Below, piece by piece: positions 56,995 to 64,000 of a stretch of 64,000 nt of DNA. The position numbers were made by a program, and so were the translations under genes. Position 1 is the first letter of the stretch. Every line of letters starts with the position of its first letter. The notes under the pieces were generated by a model, which saw only the letters and a list, made by a program, of their open reading frames with translations, was not told the origin of the DNA and made no database searches. This DNA comes from the human T2T-CHM13v2.0 reference genome, Homo sapiens, in NCBI RefSeq assembly GCF_009914755.1, contig NC_060936.1, one strand, 5' to 3'.

Positions 56995-58985
56995 TTTCAG
57001 GAGTGATGTCATGCAAACTAACAGAGCAAGGAGCTCCAGGAGCTATCTCTCTACTGAAACAACCATTGACCTGGAAGGAGTGACTAGAATCAACTATTTA
57101 GGAACGGTGGAACCTAACTAGACACTTACAACAACCAGGGGAGGGCTTGATGAAGGGAGGGACTGCTGATCTTTCCTAAGACAGCAACATAAGTGAACCA
57201 GCTACCATTCCCATCACAGCTTTGAAGATAGCAGCCCATGTTCTAGGAATGGCTGACTCATACCAGAGTAGGTAGTGGGGACTTTCTCTTCCAAAAATTG
57301 ATGTTGTACATTTTTGTTGGTCTAGCAGTGTCTGAGGGGTTGACGCAGACACCCACTTTGGTTTTGGCCCTCTTGGTGGCAGCAACTTCCCCTGGCAGCA
57401 TCCATATGAAAATTTTAAGTAACAACTCCTACCCACTTTTCCCTTTTTGGAACCAGTAATTTAAAGAAATATTTTTCAGGTCACTGACTGACCACAGAGA
57501 TAACAGAACAGAAACTTCAGTGACCACACAAAACAAGAAACACGTATTTGCAAAAAGAGTTTGGAAAAGTCACAAATTAACAGCACTAGCCCTTAATGGA
57601 AAAAAGTCAGCAAGTCCTGAGAAGTGGGAAAATGGCATTTCTAGAGTTATAATATTATAGTACTCAGAATTTCCAATTTTCAATAAAAATTTGCAAAGCA
57701 TACAAAGAAATGGGAAAATATAGTCATTAACAAGAAAAAAAGAAATTTGTCAGAAATATTAACAAGCAAACCCAGACAATAGAATTACTATCAAGAGTGT
57801 TACATCAATTATATTAAATATGGTCAATGAGCTAAAGGAAACTATAGACAAAGAACTAAAAGGAAGTCAGGAAAACAACGTGTGAACAAAATGAGGATCT
57901 CAGTAAAGAGATAGAAATAATTTTAAAACCCTAGAAATTCTATAACTTAAAAGTACCAAAACTACCATGAAACTTACTAGAAAGGTTCAAGAGCAGATGT
58001 GAAAAAGCAGAAAACAGGATCAGCAAACTTGAATATAAGACAACCAAAATTATCCAATTTAAGAAACAGAAAGAAAAAAATATGAAGAAAAGTAAACAGA
58101 GTCTAAGGAACCTGTGAGACATCATCAAGTAGACCAACATATGCATTGTGGTGACCCAGAAGGAGAAGGAGAGAAAGAAGCAGAAAGAACTTTGAGGAAA
58201 TAAATGCCAAAAACATCTCCAAATCTGATGAAAGAAATTAATATACAGATGCAAAAAGCTCAATGAACTCCAAGCAGGATAAACTCAAAGAGATCCACAT
58301 AGAAAGGCATATAATTAAAGTGTGAAAACCCAAAGCAAATGAGAAAAATTTGAAAGCAGCAAGAGACAAGTGACTCTTCGTGTACAGAGGAAACTTAATG
58401 AAGATTAACAGCTGATTTATTATGAGAAACTATGGAGGCCAGAAGACAGTGGGATGACATTCAAAGTCCTCAAAGAAAAAAAACTTTGAACCAAGAATTT
58501 TATATCTGGCAATTCTATATCCAGTAATTCTATATCCAGCAAGTCTATATCCCACAAAACTATCATTCAAGAATAAAGGAGAAATTATGACATTTCTATA
58601 TAATTAGAAGGTAAAGGAAATCATTACCAGTAGACCTGCCATACATGAAATGATAAAGGTAGTCCTCTGGGCTAGAATGAAAGAACACTAGACAATAACT
58701 CAAAGCCATAAAAAGGAATAAATAAATTGGCACAGTTAACTAAATAGGTAAATATAAAAGCCAATATTATTGTACTTTTGCTTTGTAACTATGCTTTTTT
58801 TCCCCAAAGTGATTTAAAAGGAAAATGCATAAAACAATAAATCTGTGTTAATGAGCACAAACTATATAAGGATATAATCTGTGGCAATAACAATATAAAG
58901 GAGGAAGGATGGAGATCTATAGGAGCAGAGTGTATACTATTGAAACTGAGGCAACATTAATCAAACTAGGTTGCTCTAAGTTTTC
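56995..58985 (+). mobile_element. old L1M 5'UTR, ORF1 and inter-ORF remnant
   Basis: ORF1 motifs (caatgaactccaagcaggataaac; ttgaaagcagcaagaga; ggaggccagaagacagtgggatgacat; accagtagacctgcc). Confidence 0.8.
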
Positions 58986-59299
58986 TTTCAGTTTGAAATG
59001 CTAATTTTAAAATAAAGTGTACAAGACATACAGTATCATGATGGAACAACTAGAAAAACAAGGCAAAAAACTGGAATCACCTTAAGTCATACCAGCTTTA
59101 TCTTGGTTGAGCTGAAAATTTTTTTAGTGACTAGATCTTTTTCAGAAGTGCCGGAATAAAGAGGGGAGCATGTCAGACAGCTGGAACAGTATGGGAAAAG
59201 AAGAATGGCAGAAAAGATTTTTCTTTCTTTTCCCTCAAAGAGATAGGCTCTTTTTTGTGTAAGATTTCTCCAAGTACTTTGTATATCAAAGGCATTAGA

Positions 59300-59530
59300 G
59301 TATAATAGTTAAGAAACAGACTCTGGGCTAGCCTAACCAGGTTTGAATTTGGTTCTATCACTTACTAGGTATGTGATGTTGGTCCATCTCTCAACACTTA
59401 CTTATTTTATTTGTAAAATGGAAATAATAATAGTACCTACTTCATGGGTTATTAAAATGTTAATGCCTGTAAAACACTGAAAATCGCTCCAGGTATATAG
59501 GTAAAGCCTAATAAATACTGGCTTTTACTA
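59300..59530 (+). mobile_element. MIR
   Basis: ggtttgaatttggttctatcacttactagg...tgtaaaatggaaataataatagtacctacttcatggg. Confidence 0.75.
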
Positions 59531-60506
59531 TAATCATACAATCATCTAGATACCCTAAGTGGCACCAATGAGGACCTACCAAAGTCTATGGCTGTAGCAA
59601 TAAAAAAATTTAAAAACTACTTACTCAATTTCAGAATCTAATCAATTAACCCATTTCTTACCAGATGTAGACAATTTCCACTTAACATCTATCTAGGCCA
59701 AGTATAACATCTGAAATATTTTGGTGCTTTAAAAAGGAAGTCTTCCATCAGAGTAATAATGCAGTTAGTTCTGAAAGCTTTTTTCTAAACCAGAATTGGA
59801 ACATCTGTGTCTTTCTGTCCTTGCTGTTGACACAGGATCTACCACAGGACCAACTCCCATGATGTTATCTGGAAAGCCAAAATGTCTAGCCATATGAGAT
59901 TTATTCATTTATGTATTCATTTGTCCAACAAATATTGAGTGTCTTTTATGTGCCAAGCACTGGGATATGGGAATATACAAAACAGATAAAAATCCAGGGG
60001 ACAGTAGTGCAGACTTCACAGGGCTGTGGTGAAATTTAACTGAGTTAAGGAGATGAAAAGTACTTAGAATAACATCTGGCACATATGAAACATTCAATAA
60101 ACATTTTTCAAAAACAAAACCTCCCAACATTGCTTTTGGCCAATTATTTCATCTAGAGAGTATCGCTAAACTGTGAAATCACACAATCCGTTAGACAAAT
60201 GAATATTTAATCATTACAGCACACCAAATAGCAACTTGGATTTCGGGGGCATGGCACTTTCAGATTACAGTAAGGGCCGAGGTTGGCTGCTAGAGTTGGC
60301 TTCTCTAAGAAAGAGCTCAGAACCCTGCCTACTGACTTAAAATGAGTCTTGGTGCAGAATTTCCCAGAGACATTGGCTCCTATCCCCTCCCTCCCCGCTG
60401 CTTTCCTTTAAAGTTGATTCAAGCAAGGAAGCATGGGCTTTATGGCCAGGGCCTAATATGAGTAAACACAGGCCTCCAGGGCCCTGGCCCCTGCTCACCA
60501 TGATCA

Positions 60507-60983
<477 letters not shown>

Positions 60984-61598
60984 TTAAGGAGATCATCAAA
61001 GGGGCCTGTGGTGCTCCTTTCACAGCACATGATCTCTCTCCCTGATAAGCCCTCTCCCCAGCCTTAAGAAACCCACATTCGGGAGCAACATTACGCTACC
61101 AGCTGCAGCTGAGGGCTCTGGGTGAAATCGAGCCAGGGCTGGGGAACAACTCAAAAGTCATCTGAGAGGTGTGACACCTCCCTGGCGTCCAGACCCACGG
61201 CAGGCAGCCTACAGACTTTTTCTCTTTGACTTTTTAAAGTAAGATTTATGAAACCACTTTTCCTATCACGGCATAAGAAATGATAACTGCTTGAAGGATT
61301 ATACCTCTTTGCCATTTGATGACATCTCTGTAAGTACAGGGAACTATGGGCTCTGTCATCTTTGCATCCCTAAAATCAAATTCAGAAACTGGCCCCCAAA
61401 AAGGCTGTTGAATAAATACATAAGTAAATTCCATTTTTATACTATCTACTGATGTCTAAAAATTCCAAATTAGAAGTTAAAAATCCTATGATAGATATCT
61501 AAAGGAGAACAAAGTAATCCAAAATTAATTATATATTACATGCTACCTAGGATTTTATGAAACTGAGCTCAATCTCAAAATTAAAGAACTGTACTATA

Positions 61599-61872
61599 GG
61601 CTGGGAGCAGTGGCTCACGCCTATAACCCCAGCACTTTGGGAGGCCAAGGCAGGCAAATCACTTGAGGCCAGGAGTTCAAGACCAGCCTGGCCAACATAG
61701 TGAAAACCCATCTCTGCTAAAAATACAAAGATTAGCCAGGTGTGGTGGCTGGGGCCTGGAACCCCACCTACTTAGGAGGCTGAGGCACAAGAATTGCTTG
61801 AACCTGGGAGGCGGGCCATGAGCCTAGATCGCACCACTGCACTCCAGCTTGGATCACAGAGCGAGACTGTCT

Positions 61873-61910
<38 letters not shown>
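61599..61910 (+). mobile_element. AluS with a pure A36 tail
   Basis: Dimer with a short right-arm deletion; poly(A) 61874-61909. Confidence 0.92.
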
Positions 61911-61911
<1 letters not shown>

Positions 61912-62002
61912 AAGAACTTACTGTAAAATCTGCTTTGCTTTGTTACTCACTCTTATGAATACAGAGCCAATCACTGGTTCTAGCCTCACTATTATGCTAT
62001 AT

Positions 62003-62453
62003 TAAGGGAGGAGACCACCCCTCATATTGTCTTACACCCAATTTCTGCCTCCAAATAAAGAAGTAAAAACTAAAAGGCAGAAATGAAATCCACAGGCAGA
62101 CAGCCCAGCGCTGAGCCCTGGGCCTGGTAGTTAAAGATCGACCCCTAACCTAAGCGGTTATGTCATCTATAGATTCCAGACATTATATGGAAAAGCATTG
62201 TGAAAATCCCTGTCCTGTTCCGTTCTGATTACCAGTGCATGCAGCCCCCAGTCACGTACTCCCAGCTTGCTCAATCGATCACGATCCTCTCACGCGGACC
62301 CCCTTAGAGTTGTAAGCCCTTAAAAGGGACAGGAATTGCTCACTCGGGGAGCTCAGTTGTTGGAGACGTGAGTCTTGCCGACGCTCCCAGCCGAATAAAG
62401 CCCTTCCTTAACTCGGTGTCTGAGGGGTTTTGTCTGCAGCTCGTCCTGCTACA
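62003..62453 (+). mobile_element. solo LTR2 (probably LTR2B; HERV-E/Harlequin, ERV1)
   Basis: taagggaggagaccacccctcatattgtc...ctcgtcctgctaca; 4-bp TSD atat at 61999-62002 and 62454-62457; AATAAA at 62394-62399. Confidence 0.92.
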
Positions 62454-63309
62454 ATATTACTGTATATATGTAAAATATGCTATATTACTATATTTTCTCA
62501 TTTATAAAGTGGGAGTAAAAATAACAGCTACCTCATTGCATTTTTGTGAGGATTAAATTAGTTAACACATGTATAATAGTTATGGGACATAGTGACCACT
62601 TAAGAAATGTTAGCTAGTATTATTGTTGTTGTTACCAGGCACTGTTCTGGCTAACATTCTATTAGACCAAGTTAAATATTAGTTCATTTAGTTAATCTGC
62701 CCAGAAAAGTATTAATAGAAGCAAGTTGCCCATATAACCTGTCCCCTTGACAACAAAATTTGCCTTCTGAAAGCCATTAATGGATTCTCAAGGTACAAGA
62801 ATTGCCTATGAATTGTTTACTTTTTAGAATATGATTTCCCCTTGAGGCAGAATATATATTTAACAGGTCCTAAATGTATACCAGAAAGAACTGAATCGCC
62901 AGCTTCACTAACAGGTTTCTCTAAAAAGAAAATCAGACAGCAATTTTACCTTCTGTTCAGGCCAGATGATGTTCCTAATCCTGCAAGGTCTGGGGTACTT
63001 TCATCTGATAAGAGCCCATGAGCTTCTGAGAGCTTCAAATGACTACTACTTAGGTTAAAAATAAGCACCGAGAAACAAAAACTGAGAAACAAAAGCAGAA
63101 GTATTTCTAAAATTGCTCTCTTCGCACTGTCTCGCTGCGGGTACTTTCCTGTCTCTCAGATCACTGACCTTCAGTCCAGCAATTTCCAGTGTCCTGCAGG
63201 CTGCTGATCCCAAGATGCTCAGCCACACAAAGGTGTTGCGGCCAAGTAAGGTTGGGGAACCCATACTATACTCCCTTTTGCCACAATACCTTTTTAACCA
63301 GACTCCTTT

Positions 63310-64000
<691 letters not shown>

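Noticed and set aside
62950-63081. Possible minus-strand exon (acceptor in the gagaaacaaaa duplication, AAG/GTAAAA donor)
   Set aside because: The donor is weak, the acceptor is explained by a 14-bp tandem duplication, and the putative exon starts with a second T-rich tract

Overview
Repeat-dense primate (most likely human) intronic or intergenic DNA. I find no credible protein-coding gene, tRNA, rRNA, CRISPR array or CpG island, and I cannot name the host locus from sequence alone. The long ORFs in the track come from Alu, L1, L2 or simple repeats, or have no recognisable homology. Contents: about 27 Alu/FLAM/monomer copies; L1PB, L1PA, L1MB, L1MA and L1ME fragments; many L2 and MIR relics and one L3/CR1 relic; DNA transposons (MER1B, two Tigger3, MER6A, MER113-like, MER5A, two MER94); MLT1 LTRs; a complete solo LTR2 (HERV-E family) with a 4-bp target-site duplication (TSD); and a MER50 LTR split by an Alu. 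Subfamily names are from recalled consensus sequences, not a database search. The best leads are: (1) a + strand exon-like unit at 20669-20757 followed by a hairpin and (TG)22, which resembles a TDP-43-repressed cryptic exon; (2) a 71-nt hairpin with a 27-bp stem at 44097-44167 inside an L2 relic; (3) a 3'-truncated, tail-less Alu with a perfect 16-bp TSD; (4) a 282-bp perfectly alternating purine-pyrimidine tract containing a 22-bp minisatellite, grown in an L1 tail; (5) a CpG-retaining minus-strand first-exon candidate near 48164; (6) an OCT-SOX/TCF/GATA motif cluster near 60940. These are candidates only, and none is shown here to be a new biological system.
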